From contig CBFIBS010000003.1 of the NCBI GenBank assembly GCA_965660945.1, forward strand, positions 1,843 to 65,842: 64,000 nt of DNA, in the 5' to 3' direction. The stretch comes from Alphaproteobacteria bacterium. GTDB taxonomy: Bacteria > Pseudomonadota > Alphaproteobacteria > UBA7985. Position numbers and translations under genes: made by a program. The notes beneath the pieces were generated by a model. The model worked only from the letters and a program-made list of their open reading frames with translations, ran no database searches and had not been told where the DNA came from. This document shows, one piece after another, positions 10,164 to 20,145 of the stretch; position 1 is the stretch's first letter; each line of letters opens with the position of its first letter.

Positions 10164-10697
10164 ATGAACCAACTCGTATCACGTTCCTTTTCTGCCCTTG
10201 CGGGGCTGGTGGTTGCCAGTCTCCTCGTGTTTTCGATCGCCGCGCATGCTGAGGGCATGCCCGGCCTCATGCTCAAAGACGGCTGGAGCCGCGAAACCAC
10301 CGCCAATGCGCGCGTCGGCGGCGGTTATCTGACCATCATGAACCACGGCGAGATGGCCGACCGGCTGCTGTCTGTCCGCGCCGATCATGCGGGGATGTCC
10401 GAAGTCCACACCATGATCATGCAAGACAATGTCATGGTAATGCGCCCGGTTGAAGATCCGCTGGTGATCGAGGCCGGGGCCATGCTGGAACTGCAGCCCG
10501 GTGGCCTGCACCTGATGTTCATGCAGCTGGAACAGCCCCACGTGGCCGGTGAATCGCTGGACGTCGTGCTGGTGTTCGAGCACGCCGGTGAGCGCACAGT
10601 GACGCTCGAAGTTCTGTCCATGCGCGACAGTATGGAGCGGATGGTGGAGAGTGGCGGCAGTCACGGTGACCACGACAGCGGGCACAGCCAAAACTGA
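10164..10697 (+). CDS. pcuC: Copper chaperone PCu(A)C (DUF461)
   Basis: Signal peptide, then the H(T)MxMxxxxMxMRP ... GGLHLMFM motif characteristic of PCuAC. Ends in a His/Met-rich tail. Confidence 0.75.
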   Translation: MNQLVSRSFSALAGLVVASLLVFSIAAHAEGMPGLMLKDGWSRETTANARVGGGYLTIMNHGEMADRLLSVRADHAGMSEVHTMIMQDNVMVMRPVEDPLVIEAGAMLELQPGGLHLMFMQLEQPHVAGESLDVVLVFEHAGERTVTLEVLSMRDSMERMVESGGSHGDHDSGHSQN

Positions 10698-11290
10698 TGC
10701 TGACCTGGCGGCGCGCGCTCTGGCTCGGAACCCTGCTGGCGGTTGTGGCGGTCGGCGTCGCCGGGCTTCTCATTTACCGCAATACCCAGATACAGGCCTC
10801 GTCGCCGCCGACCTTAGGGGCGCCGTTCTTCCTGATCGACTCAGACGGTCAGCCGATCACGGAAGCTGCCTTCGCCGGTCGGCCGACGGCGCTGTTCTTC
10901 GGTTTCACGCACTGCCCGGAAATCTGCCCGGTCTCGCTGTTTGAAGTCTCGACCCTCATGGACGAGCTGGGGGCGGAGAAGCGTGATCTGCAGGCCTTTT
11001 TCATCAGTGTTGATCCCGAGCGGGACACGCCCGAGCTGATGGGCAGTTTCATCGCCCCGTTTCGCGACAACATCCGCGGGATCACTGGTCCGCTGCCGGA
11101 TGTCGAGGCGCTGGCCAGGTCGTGGGGCGTCTACATCAAGAAGGTGCCGCTAGATGACGGCGACTACACCGTCGATCATACGGCATCGGTGATTCTGGTC
11201 GACCGGAAGGGGCGCTTCAGGGGTACGATTGCCTACCGCGAGAACCACCAGACGGCGCTCGATAAGCTCCGCTTGCTGGTTAGTCTTTAG
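10697..11290 (+). CDS. sco: SCO1/SenC family copper-binding thioredoxin-fold protein
   Basis: FTHCPEICP CxxxC motif and an N-terminal membrane anchor. Its start overlaps the pcuC stop (ATGA-type coupling). Confidence 0.85.
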   Translation: MLTWRRALWLGTLLAVVAVGVAGLLIYRNTQIQASSPPTLGAPFFLIDSDGQPITEAAFAGRPTALFFGFTHCPEICPVSLFEVSTLMDELGAEKRDLQAFFISVDPERDTPELMGSFIAPFRDNIRGITGPLPDVEALARSWGVYIKKVPLDDGDYTVDHTASVILVDRKGRFRGTIAYRENHQTALDKLRLLVSL

Positions 11291-11314
11291 GGCCTCGATC
11301 CTCCTTTCAATAGT

Positions 11315-11332
11315 GAATTTTTCGAAAAATTC
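11315..11332. promoter_or_regulatory. 18-bp perfect palindrome GAATTTTTCGAAAAATTC in the AT-rich spacer after sco; candidate operator or bidirectional stem
   Basis: Read directly: the sequence equals its own reverse complement. Sits about 95 nt upstream of the next ORF. Confidence 0.4.
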
Positions 11333-11427
11333 CCTTTAAAAGAGACTTTATACGCTTTAAGATGGGGTTATTGCGCATAAATTATCGTTTCAATGCATGG
11401 GGTCGGGTTCTCGGGCAGGCACCGGGG

Positions 11428-11904
11428 ATGAAAATCATAGTGGAATTCAAACGGACCATGATTTCGGTCGCCTCGATGCTGACCCTCGGGCTGGGTCTGT
11501 GCCTGTCTCCGGCAATCGGGACTGGCGCGGCGCAGGCTCAGTTCCGGGCGGCCGTCTTTACCCCACCGGTCGCGGCTGGCTCGACTCTGTCCACGGCTGG
11601 GGTGCCGGGGTCGGTCTGCGATGTTTCGGCCTTGCCGCCATTCAACGCCACGGGCCCGTGGTTCTTCAGCTTGTGCCCCGGTGGTGCAGACGGGCAGCCA
11701 GAGGAGCCGCAGAACCAGGTGGTTCGACAAACCTGCTTCTTCACCGCCACTGCAACGGCGCGCCTGCACCTGTCCCCGCCGATGCTGCGCCGGGCTCTGC
11801 TGCGGGCGCTGGAGGCGGTCTCCGCCAGTGGAGCAGCGACCCCTGATGCTGTGGGCGTGTTTTCCATGCAATGCTTGCGCGGGGAGCAATCTCCGGCGGG
11901 CTGA
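11428..11904 (+). CDS. Hypothetical small secreted protein (signal peptide, 4-5 Cys in the mature part)
   Basis: MKIIVEFKRTMISVASMLTLGLGLCLSPAIGTGAAQA looks like a Sec signal. The upstream region is AT-rich. The GC-rich frame could also be spurious. Confidence 0.35.
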   Translation: MKIIVEFKRTMISVASMLTLGLGLCLSPAIGTGAAQAQFRAAVFTPPVAAGSTLSTAGVPGSVCDVSALPPFNATGPWFFSLCPGGADGQPEEPQNQVVRQTCFFTATATARLHLSPPMLRRALLRALEAVSASGAATPDAVGVFSMQCLRGEQSPAG

Positions 11905-11929
11905 TGTCCTCGGGGACGGAAGGGCCTGC

Positions 11930-13270
11930 CTAAGTCGGCGGGAGCATGCGCGGCGGGTCTTCGGGTGGCCGCGTGGGCAGGGTGATCGAACCACTGGTCC
12001 CGCAATTCTCGCAGACGGCACGCCAGCGGTCGTGCTCGGTGCCACAGGCCAGACAGACCTGCGGCTCCACCGGCAGGCTGTGGCCATTCAGCGCCGAGGG
12101 CGTCGGGTCGACCCCGCGCGAGCGCAGCGCGTCCAGCCGCAGCACAAGGGCGCTGACGCCGACCGGTGCCCCGGTCGCGGGCAGGGCGTCGATGGCCGCA
12201 GCAGCGGCTTCCCGGTCTCCGGCTTCGATCGCGGCTTCGGCGCGCAGGAAACGACTGAACAGCGCGCCTTCGTTATGCTTGATCAGGTCGGAGATGGCGG
12301 CGCGCTTCTCGCTGGCATCCTTGGGCTTGCTGGCGAGCAGAAAGGTGGCGGCGATCCCGGCCGTCGGCCGCAGCGCCCAGGCCTGCCCGGCCAGCTCCTT
12401 GGCCTTGCGGGCGTTCCCCAGCTCGACCTGCGCCCGGGCGCTGAGCGCGCGTGCGGGCAGGAAACTGGCGTCTTCGTCGAGAGCCTTGCGACAGTGTTCA
12501 GCGGTCTTGCGCCAGTTGCCGGCTTCGGCCGCGCGGAAGGCGCTGTCAGTCTCTGCCAGCGCGAGCCGGGTCCGGGCTTCAGAGGCCGTGAGCAAGTGTC
12601 GACTGGCCAGCCGCTTGACCGCGCGCTGGGCACCGTCGAGCTGTCCGCTCTGAAGGCTTAGGTCAAACTCGGTCTCGAGGATCCAAGGAGCGTTGGGCCG
12701 GATTTTTCGGGCGCGGTCGAGCAGGGCATCCAGCCGCCGCCGGTCGCCTTGCGCGATGGCCTGCATCGCCAGCCCACGAAGCCCGAGGAAGGCGGTTTCG
12801 GGTTCCTCGGTCATGGCTTCGAAGTACCGCGTCGCCGCCTCTTCATCGCCATTGAGCTGGGCCGACTGGGCGGTGAGTAGTAGGGTGGCGGGGGTATCTT
12901 CGAGCAGTTTGGTGGCCCGGCGGGCCTGCTTGTCGGCCTCGTCCGGGTCGCCGGCAGCCAGCGCGACCAGCCCCTGTGTCAGGGCCTTGTACCCCCGGTT
13001 CTGCCGCGAAATCCGGGCGTTGCGGGCGACTTCGGCGGGCATGGCGAGGGTGCGTCGGAACAGAAAATAGATCCAGCCGAAGGCCCAGAGCACCAGCAGC
13101 GCGGCGAAGACGAGTAGACCGAAATGCAGGGTCAGCCGGTAGCCAAAGGCCTCGAACCGGGCAGTCCAGTCCGGGTTCTGGCTGAACAGCAGCGCCAGCA
13201 GCACCAGCGCGACCGCGACCACGGCGAACAGCAGGAAGCGGATCATGACCGTCCCCCACTCATCGCGCAT
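11930..13270 (-). CDS. hemY: HemY-like protein (N-terminal TM anchor, TPR repeats, C-terminal zinc ribbon)
   Basis: Two N-terminal TM helices, an Ala-rich TPR region, and a C-terminal CLACGTEHDRWRAVCENCG. Lies downstream of the hemX-like gene and hemD. Confidence 0.65.
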   Translation of the reverse strand: MRDEWGTVMIRFLLFAVVAVALVLLALLFSQNPDWTARFEAFGYRLTLHFGLLVFAALLVLWAFGWIYFLFRRTLAMPAEVARNARISRQNRGYKALTQGLVALAAGDPDEADKQARRATKLLEDTPATLLLTAQSAQLNGDEEAATRYFEAMTEEPETAFLGLRGLAMQAIAQGDRRRLDALLDRARKIRPNAPWILETEFDLSLQSGQLDGAQRAVKRLASRHLLTASEARTRLALAETDSAFRAAEAGNWRKTAEHCRKALDEDASFLPARALSARAQVELGNARKAKELAGQAWALRPTAGIAATFLLASKPKDASEKRAAISDLIKHNEGALFSRFLRAEAAIEAGDREAAAAAIDALPATGAPVGVSALVLRLDALRSRGVDPTPSALNGHSLPVEPQVCLACGTEHDRWRAVCENCGTSGSITLPTRPPEDPPRMLPPT

Positions 13271-13301
13271 CCCGCATGTCGTGTCTCAGCCGTCATCATC
13301 G

Positions 13302-14813
13302 TCAGGATTGGTCCGTCGTCTGCGCGGCGGCGAGGGCGGCGCTGATCCAAGCACGCAGGGCGGCGCGCTGGTCCTCGTAGTCGGCGCGGCGGGCCAGATC
13401 GCTGACCAGCTGCTCGAACCTCTGCCGGGTGTCGGCGCCGGGTTGCATGGCGTCCTGCTGGCCCTCCAGCTCGGCCAGCGCAGCGCGGAAATCATCTTCT
13501 TCGATCCGCAGTAGGGCACGGGCGAGGGCGCCCTCCACCCCGGGAAGGGCATCGACATCGTCGATCCGCTCGAGGCTGATCAGCGCCGTAATCCGCGCCA
13601 GCAGCTTGCCGGTGCGCCCTTCGGCAGCGTTCACGCGGGTCTCGGAGAGCAGCACCGGGCTCAGCGCGACCAGCCGGGCCGCCAGATTGTCAGCGGTGGG
13701 AACGCGGTCGTCCGCCGAAGCGTCGAGCCCTTCGATCACCGCCTTCAGTGCAAGGTCGCCGGGCTTCAGCGCCGATAGCGCCTGCAGGTGGGGTCTCACC
13801 GGCGCAGCCTGTGCTAGCGCGTCGCGCAGTTGCGAGGCGGCGAGGATCTGGGTCGAGGCCTGCACCGATACTTCCTGCATGGCGCGGAAGTCGTCCTTCA
13901 GCTGTGCCGTGGTTGCCTCCAGCGGCGTCAGCCGTGCTTCGATATCGGTGCGGAGCTGGTCCAGCGCAGCCCGCAGGTCGGCATTGGCGGCCGAGGCGTC
14001 GGCCCGGCTTGCCGACACGGCGTCATCAAGGGTGGCAGACAGCGCCTCCAGCTGCGTGCCCAGCTCGGCACGGGCGTCATTGAGCGCCTGCTGTCCCGCT
14101 TCGACACGCGCGGGCAGGTCGTCGCCGAGGGTTTCGACCGATTGCAGCCGGTCCTGTAGCGCGGCAAGGTCGTCGGCCTGGTCAGCGAGGTCGTCGTAGA
14201 GGCCGCCGATCCGGGTCAGGCTGCCGTCGATCGACAGGGAGAGCCCGGCGAGCTGACCGCGGATCTGGCTCAGCGCTTCACCATCGCCCGCGCCACTGGC
14301 GGCCGGGGGTGTGGCGATTGGACTGGAACTGGCGCTGGGCGTGCTTTCAGCCGCAGCGGATGTTGTCTGCAAGGCGCTCAGGGCAGCGGCTGTTGCCCCC
14401 GCATCCTGCTCCAGCGCAGCGAGGGCCGTGTCGAGGCGCTCGAGGGTGGTGCTGGTGCCGGCTTCGAGTGCTGCAAACCGAGCGCTTAGGGCATCAAGGC
14501 CTTCCATAGCAGCAGCGGCAGTATCACCCTCGCCCGTCACCGCAGGCACCGCTTCCAGCTCGGTCAGCCGGGCGTCGAACGCGGCCAGCGCTTCAGCATC
14601 GGCGCCCGGGGTCGATCCACCAGGTTGGGGCAGGAGGTTGAGGCCGAGCGCCACCAGGCTGATCAGCAGCGCCACCCCGCTGAGAACCAGCGCAAGACCC
14701 GACCCGCGGCCGGCCAGTGCGCCCGCGTCTTGCGCCGCGCCGCCAGACGCGCCACTGGTGCCATTTACCGGTTCCGCGTCGATGATCTTGGCCTCTTTCG
14801 TGGCTTTGGCCAT
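13302..14813 (-). CDS. HemX-like / COG4223-type membrane-anchored coiled-coil protein
   Basis: Single TM helix (LALVLSGVALLISLVALGLNLL) followed by a long Ala/Leu/Glu-rich coiled coil. Position between hemD and hemY. Confidence 0.5.
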   Translation of the reverse strand: MAKATKEAKIIDAEPVNGTSGASGGAAQDAGALAGRGSGLALVLSGVALLISLVALGLNLLPQPGGSTPGADAEALAAFDARLTELEAVPAVTGEGDTAAAAMEGLDALSARFAALEAGTSTTLERLDTALAALEQDAGATAAALSALQTTSAAAESTPSASSSPIATPPAASGAGDGEALSQIRGQLAGLSLSIDGSLTRIGGLYDDLADQADDLAALQDRLQSVETLGDDLPARVEAGQQALNDARAELGTQLEALSATLDDAVSASRADASAANADLRAALDQLRTDIEARLTPLEATTAQLKDDFRAMQEVSVQASTQILAASQLRDALAQAAPVRPHLQALSALKPGDLALKAVIEGLDASADDRVPTADNLAARLVALSPVLLSETRVNAAEGRTGKLLARITALISLERIDDVDALPGVEGALARALLRIEEDDFRAALAELEGQQDAMQPGADTRQRFEQLVSDLARRADYEDQRAALRAWISAALAAAQTTDQS

Positions 14814-14885
14814 GGCATATGTCCTCTGGCTCAGGTCTCGCAAACGGCATTGAGACGCCGCCGGGTGGGGCCGGCGCGGACGCCC

Positions 14886-15683
14886 TCAGACCGCGAGGTT
14901 CTGAAGATGGTGCAGCATTGAAGCACGGTTTGGCAGGGCAGGGAAAGCCACGCTGTGCCAGAAGCTGCGACGAGGCACGGCGGGCGACCATCCGGCCACG
15001 GTCGGGGATAGCGCGATCAGTTTCCGCGAGGGTGGAAGGCGCCGCCCCAGCAGGCTCAGGCGGGCTTCCAGAATCTGTCGTTGCGACCCGGAAAGCGCCA
15101 GCGCAACCACCGTCTGAGACTGGCACAATGCCCGGGCCTGCATGGGGGTCCAAGGCGCGCCGGTGCGCGGCATCCGGCGATAGAGCGGCAGGCGCCAGTC
15201 TGTCGGTCCTGGGACGAGGCTCAAGGCTGAGGGGTCGAGTGCAGCATTGGCGATGCAGAGACGGCGCGCGCCCTCCAGGGGAGCGGGCCAGCGGCTCTGT
15301 CGGAAGCCGCGATCGGCGGTCCAGACCACAGGCACGCCGATGTCCGCCAGCGCGCGGGCGGTTTCCGGCCCCGGTGCGATGGCCCGTAGGTCGCCACGGC
15401 TCGCGTCGAACCACGTCTGAGCCTGCAGCGCGGTCACGGCGCGGGTGCTGGGTACCACCACAAGGTCGCGAGCGGGCTCGAAGTCGGCGGGCAGAGGTGC
15501 GCTCATTATATGGTCGTCGAACAGGTCCAGCGACCAGACCGCAAACCCGCCAAGGCCGCGCAGAACCGCCGCGTAGTCGGTTGCACCGCTCAGACCATCG
15601 GGGTCCGCGCACAGCAGCACCGGGATCGGCGCGGGGACGCGGGTGTTGACGGCCCTCGGTCGGTTGCGCCAATCAGAAGCCAT
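14886..15683 (-). CDS. hemD: Uroporphyrinogen-III synthase
   Basis: HemD-like fold signature (PVLLCADPDG..., two half-domains). Start ambiguous: ATG at complement 15683 versus downstream GTG codons. Confidence 0.6.
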   Translation of the reverse strand: MASDWRNRPRAVNTRVPAPIPVLLCADPDGLSGATDYAAVLRGLGGFAVWSLDLFDDHIMSAPLPADFEPARDLVVVPSTRAVTALQAQTWFDASRGDLRAIAPGPETARALADIGVPVVWTADRGFRQSRWPAPLEGARRLCIANAALDPSALSLVPGPTDWRLPLYRRMPRTGAPWTPMQARALCQSQTVVALALSGSQRQILEARLSLLGRRLPPSRKLIALSPTVAGWSPAVPRRSFWHSVAFPALPNRASMLHHLQNLAV

Positions 15684-16770
15684 GTTGGTACTTGGCATAG
15701 AGTCGTCCTGCGATGAAACGGCGGCGGCGGTCGTGGATGGCGCCCGCCCTGTGGGCGGTCGGATTCTGTCCAACACTGTTTTCAGCCAATGGGACAGCGT
15801 ACGCAAGTACGGCGGTGTTGTGCCCGAGGTCGCGGCCCGCGCCCACGTCGAAAAGATTGATCAGGTTGTCGAGCGCGCCCTCGACGAAGCTGGGATCGGT
15901 GTCGATGCCCTCGACGGTGTGGCGGCGACCGCCGGGCCGGGACTGATCGGCGGTGTGATCGTCGGGGTCAGCTTTGCCAAGGCGCTGGCGCTAGGGGCGG
16001 GCAAGCCGTTCATGGCGCTGAACCATCTGGAGGGCCACGCGCTCACCCCGCGACTGGTCTCGGACGTCGCCTTTCCCTACCTGCTGCTGCTGGTCAGCGG
16101 CGGGCATTGCCAGACCCTGCTGGTCGAGGGGGTGGGGCAGTACCGTCGTCTGGGGACCAGCATCGACGATGCCATTGGCGAAGCCTTCGACAAAACCGCG
16201 AAGCTCATGGAACTGGGCCAGCCCGGCGGACCGGCGATCGAGGCACTGGCGGCCAAGGGTGACCCGCGTGCCGTGCCGCTGCCCGTGCCCTTCAAAGGCC
16301 GGCCCGGGCTGGATTTCTCCTTTTCAGGGCTGAAGACCGCCGTGCGGCGGGCGGTGCAGGGCGATGACGGTCATCGGCCCGAAGATATCGCTGCAAGTTT
16401 CCAGCGGGTTGCCTTTGAATCGCTGGTCGACCGCACCCGGCGGGCGGCCGAGGCGGTGGAGGCACCCCTCTCCGCGCTCGTGGTCGCGGGCGGGGTGGCC
16501 GCCAATCAGGCGCTGAGCCAGAGACTAATGGCACTGGGCGAAGACCTTGGCCTGCCGGTCGTGGTGCCGCCGGCACCGCTTTGCACGGACAACGGGGCGA
16601 TGATGGCCTGGGCCGGGGTTGAGCGATTGCGCGCCGGTCTCGTCGGTTCACCGGCTGGAGACGGAGACAGCGCCGCCGCCGCCGATGATCTGGGTTTTGC
16701 CCCCCGGCCGCGCTGGCCGCTGGACCCGGACGCCCCCAAATCGACGGGTGCGGGCGCGGCCAAGGCCTGA
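15682..16770 (+). CDS. tsaD: tRNA N6-adenosine threonylcarbamoyltransferase
   Basis: MLVLGIESSCDETAAAV... with HxxGH metal-binding motifs (NHLEGHAL). An in-frame GTG at 15643 is an alternative start. Confidence 0.85.
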   Translation: MLVLGIESSCDETAAAVVDGARPVGGRILSNTVFSQWDSVRKYGGVVPEVAARAHVEKIDQVVERALDEAGIGVDALDGVAATAGPGLIGGVIVGVSFAKALALGAGKPFMALNHLEGHALTPRLVSDVAFPYLLLLVSGGHCQTLLVEGVGQYRRLGTSIDDAIGEAFDKTAKLMELGQPGGPAIEALAAKGDPRAVPLPVPFKGRPGLDFSFSGLKTAVRRAVQGDDGHRPEDIAASFQRVAFESLVDRTRRAAEAVEAPLSALVVAGGVAANQALSQRLMALGEDLGLPVVVPPAPLCTDNGAMMAWAGVERLRAGLVGSPAGDGDSAAAADDLGFAPRPRWPLDPDAPKSTGAGAAKA

Positions 16771-16830
16771 GCCCGAAGGTCGAAGTCTCATGCGCGGGCG
16801 CGGTAGCAGCCAGATTGGCGGCACCGGCGT

Positions 16831-17037
16831 CTAGAAGTCGACGCAGCGGCCTTTGACCTGCCAGTCACCGAATGTGGTGGGTTCCTGCCCCTCCGGTCCG
16901 CCCTGTTCGGGTTTCCGTTTGACGGCAAGTGCCTTAAAGACTTCATGGGCGGGGCGCATGTCCCCGCTATCACCCTGCAGCGGTGCCCCCTCGGGCCCGG
17001 CGACGGCCTTGGTCGTCTCATGTTCATCGTTCGTCAT
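16831..17037 (-). CDS. DUF1674 (SDHAF4-like) small protein
   Basis: C-terminal ...PEGQEPTTFGDWQVKGRCVDF matches the DUF1674 tail consensus (GDWexKGRCxDF). Confidence 0.5.
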   Translation of the reverse strand: MTNDEHETTKAVAGPEGAPLQGDSGDMRPAHEVFKALAVKRKPEQGGPEGQEPTTFGDWQVKGRCVDF

Positions 17038-17056
17038 TCCCTGAAAGTAGTGGTTC

Positions 17057-18418
17057 TTGGCCTCAGGAAAAAGCCCTTCCCGCCCGTCTCGCCCTTCCGG
17101 GGCCAAGACAAAAGGACGCGTCGACTACGCTCGTCTAGCGGCCGCGCGTGCACTTGAGGCCGTTCCAGTGACCGGTTTGTCGCTGGACGAGGCCTTCAAC
17201 CGGCAGGCCAAGGGCCTGTCACCGAGGGACCGGGCCTTTGCTTGGCGCCTGACCCGTATGGCCATGCGCTACCATGGCCCGCTGCTGCACCTGATGACCG
17301 AGGTGCTGGAACGCGGGCGCAGTGGCGTGCCGCCCTTTGTGCAGGCGGTGCTGCGGCTGGGTCTGACCGACCTGCTGCTGCTGGAAACCCCGCCACACGC
17401 GGCTGTCTCCTCCACGGTGAACCTGCTCGGGACGCGCGCCACCAGCCGTTATCGCGGCATGGTTAACGCCGTGCTCCGCCGGGCCGACCGGGAGCGGGCT
17501 GATTTTCTCGATAAGCTTCGCGCGCAGCCCGTGATCCCGCACTGGCTGGCTGAGCGCTGGCGCAGCAACTGGGGTGAAGCGGCACTGGCGGCCTTCGACA
17601 GTCTGGCCCGCGAAGAAGTGCCCGTGGACCTGTGCCTCGTCGACGAGTCTGCTCGGTCGGCAGAGGCGCTGAACGGCGATGAGGCGACGGCGCTGCCGAC
17701 TGGGCAGGTCCGTCTGAACCGGGGCCTGGCCGCGTTTCAGGACAGCCCTGAGGGCGCAGCCGGCGGCTGGTGGGTGCAGGACTTTGGCGCACACCTTCCG
17801 ATCGCGGCGCTGGGTGACCTGCGCGGCAAGACCGCCATCGACCTCTGCGCGGCGCCCGGGGGCAAGACGCTGCAACTCGCCCGCGCCGGTGCCGAGGTGA
17901 CTGCCGTCGACAACAGCGGGCCGCGTCTGGAGCGGCTCAGCGAGAACCTCGCCCGCACCGGCCTGCGCGCCGCGGTCAAGAAGATCGATGTGCTTAAGTA
18001 CACCCACAAGCCCGTGGATCTGGTGGTGCTCGACGCCCCTTGCAGCGCTTCGGGTACCTTTCGCAAGAACCCGGAAGCGCCGTGGCTGCGCTCGCCCGTG
18101 ACCCTGCTCGAACATGCATCGGTGCAGGCGCGGATGCTCGACCATGCGCTGGGGTTGGTGAAGCCCGGCGGCACGCTGCTCTACATCGTCTGCTCGCTGG
18201 AACCGGAAGAAGGTGAGGCGCAGGTCGACGATTTTCTCCGTCGTCAGCCGGACGTGGCGCTGGAGCCCTTCGACGCCGAGGCGGTCTCCGGCCTCCCAGA
18301 CGCCCTGACTCCGGCCGGCACGCTCCGCATCCTGCCGTCGTACTATGCGGATAACGGGGGCGTGGACGGATTTTTCGCCGCTCGATTCCGGGTTGGTTCG
18401 GTGCCAGAACAGACCTGA
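17057..18418 (+). CDS. rsmB: 16S rRNA (cytosine-C5)-methyltransferase RsmB/Sun family
   Basis: NusB-like N-terminal domain plus a SAM-methyltransferase core (DLCAAPGGKT, PCSASGTFRKNPE). Confidence 0.8.
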   Translation: MASGKSPSRPSRPSGAKTKGRVDYARLAAARALEAVPVTGLSLDEAFNRQAKGLSPRDRAFAWRLTRMAMRYHGPLLHLMTEVLERGRSGVPPFVQAVLRLGLTDLLLLETPPHAAVSSTVNLLGTRATSRYRGMVNAVLRRADRERADFLDKLRAQPVIPHWLAERWRSNWGEAALAAFDSLAREEVPVDLCLVDESARSAEALNGDEATALPTGQVRLNRGLAAFQDSPEGAAGGWWVQDFGAHLPIAALGDLRGKTAIDLCAAPGGKTLQLARAGAEVTAVDNSGPRLERLSENLARTGLRAAVKKIDVLKYTHKPVDLVVLDAPCSASGTFRKNPEAPWLRSPVTLLEHASVQARMLDHALGLVKPGGTLLYIVCSLEPEEGEAQVDDFLRRQPDVALEPFDAEAVSGLPDALTPAGTLRILPSYYADNGGVDGFFAARFRVGSVPEQT

Positions 18419-18462
18419 ACAGTCTGTATCAGCCCAGCCACTGACCGACAGGACCCTTTCCC

Positions 18463-20052
18463 GTGAACGATGTCTCCAAACGTGCCCTCCTTTCCGTTTC
18501 TGACAAGGCGGGGTTGGTGCCCTTTGCCCGGGCGCTCGTCGACCTTGGCTTTGAGCTGGTCTCGACCGGCGGGACCGCCCGCCTGCTGGCTGACGAAGGG
18601 CTGCCCGTGGGTAAGGTTTCGGACGTCACCGGCTTCCCTGAGATTCTCGGCGGTCGGGTCAAAACCCTGCACCCGGCGATCCATGGCGGTCTGCTCGCCG
18701 ACCAGAGCGACCCGGCGCACCGCGAGACGTTGGCGGGGCAGGGCATTGCGCCCTTCGGCCTGCTGGTCGTGAACCTCTATCCCTTTGCCCAGACGCTGGC
18801 CGGCGGTGCCGATTTCGCCACCTGTATCGAGAATATCGATATCGGCGGGCCGGCGATGATCCGGGCCTCGGCCAAGAACCATGCCTCCGTGCTGCCGGTC
18901 TGCGACCCCGGCGACTACGACCGGGTGCTGGCGCTGCTGGCGGAAGGCGCGCTGACGCCCGAAGCCCGCCGCGGCTTTGCCACCAAGGCCTACGCCCACA
19001 CCGCCCGCTATGACGCTCAGATCAGCCGCTGGCTGCAGGGGCTGGAGCAGGCCGACGATCAAAAGTCGCAGCAGGGGAACGCGGCCCCGGCTCCGGCCTT
19101 CCCCGAGGAGCTGAGCTTCGCCGGCAAGCTGAGCCTGCCGCTGCGCTACGGCGAGAACCCGCACCAGAGCGCAGCGCTGTACCGCACCGCCGACGACCGG
19201 CCGGGGATCGCCACCGGCGCGCTGATCCAGGGCAAGCCGCTGTCCTACAACAACCTCAACGACGCCGACGCGGCCTTCGAGCTGGTGAGCGAGTTCGATG
19301 ACCCGGCGGTTGCCATCATCAAGCACGCCAACCCCTGCGGTGTGGCGCTGGGCGATGACCTCTACGGGGCATACCGGCGCGCGCTTGCCTGTGATGGAAC
19401 CTCGGCCTTTGGCGGCATTGTTGCCTGCAACCGCCCGCTGGACGGGTCGGTCGCAACGGCCATCACCGAGATTTTCACCGAAGTGGTCATCGCCCCCGAT
19501 GCCGACGATGCCGCCCGCGCGGTGTTCGCGCAGAAGCCAAACCTGCGGCTCGTGCTGACCGGCGGGCTGGCCGATCCGTCGGCGCCCGAGCTGCTGGTCA
19601 AGTCAATCGCCGGGGGCCTGCTGGTGCAGTCACGCGACGGCGCTAGCGCCGAGGCAGATGATTTCCGCGTGGTAACGGCGCAGCAGCCCGATGTGACCAC
19701 CCGCAACAATCTGGTTTTCGCCCAACGCGTGGCCAAGCACGTCAAGTCCAACACCATCGTGCTGGCTGCTGGCGGGGCGACGCTGGGGATCGGTGCGGGG
19801 CAGATGAGCCGCGTGGACTCGGCCCACCTCGCCATCCGCAAGGCGGGTGAAGCCGGGCTGGATGTGCACGGTGCCGTTGCCGCGTCCGATGCGTTTTTTC
19901 CCTTTGCCGACGGGATCAGTGCGCTGATCGACGCAGGGGTGTCTGCGGTGGTCCAGCCGGGCGGGTCGCTGCGCGATGAAGAGGTCATCGCCGCCGCCGA
20001 TGCGGCCGGGCTGACCATGGTCTTCACGGGGACCCGGCACTTCCGTCATTAA
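18463..20052 (+). CDS. purH: Bifunctional AICAR formyltransferase / IMP cyclohydrolase
   Basis: [20 protein letters not shown]...VSTGGTA MGS-like domain followed by the AICARFT domain. 529 aa. Confidence 0.9.
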   Translation: MNDVSKRALLSVSDKAGLVPFARALVDLGFELVSTGGTARLLADEGLPVGKVSDVTGFPEILGGRVKTLHPAIHGGLLADQSDPAHRETLAGQGIAPFGLLVVNLYPFAQTLAGGADFATCIENIDIGGPAMIRASAKNHASVLPVCDPGDYDRVLALLAEGALTPEARRGFATKAYAHTARYDAQISRWLQGLEQADDQKSQQGNAAPAPAFPEELSFAGKLSLPLRYGENPHQSAALYRTADDRPGIATGALIQGKPLSYNNLNDADAAFELVSEFDDPAVAIIKHANPCGVALGDDLYGAYRRALACDGTSAFGGIVACNRPLDGSVATAITEIFTEVVIAPDADDAARAVFAQKPNLRLVLTGGLADPSAPELLVKSIAGGLLVQSRDGASAEADDFRVVTAQQPDVTTRNNLVFAQRVAKHVKSNTIVLAAGGATLGIGAGQMSRVDSAHLAIRKAGEAGLDVHGAVAASDAFFPFADGISALIDAGVSAVVQPGGSLRDEEVIAAADAAGLTMVFTGTRHFRH

Positions 20053-20145
20053 TCGCTAATTTACAGGAGCATGGACTCAGAGCCACTGAGGCCCTACCTA
20101 CAGGCTTGAACCCTGTTTTCACTTCTGTTCGGGATATACCACGCC

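Noticed and set aside
11368-12661. ORFs 11368..12087 (-), 11621..12661 (+), 11946..12653 (+) overlapping hemY and the small secreted ORF
   Set aside because: Composition-driven. hemY (minus) explains the region.
13429-15672. Several 100-360 aa ORFs (13429..14199 +, 14311..14853 +, 14593..15672 -, 14819..15649 +) overlapping hemX-like and hemD
   Set aside because: Pro/Arg/Ala/Ser-rich nonsense translations of GC-rich DNA. The real genes are on the other frame or strand.
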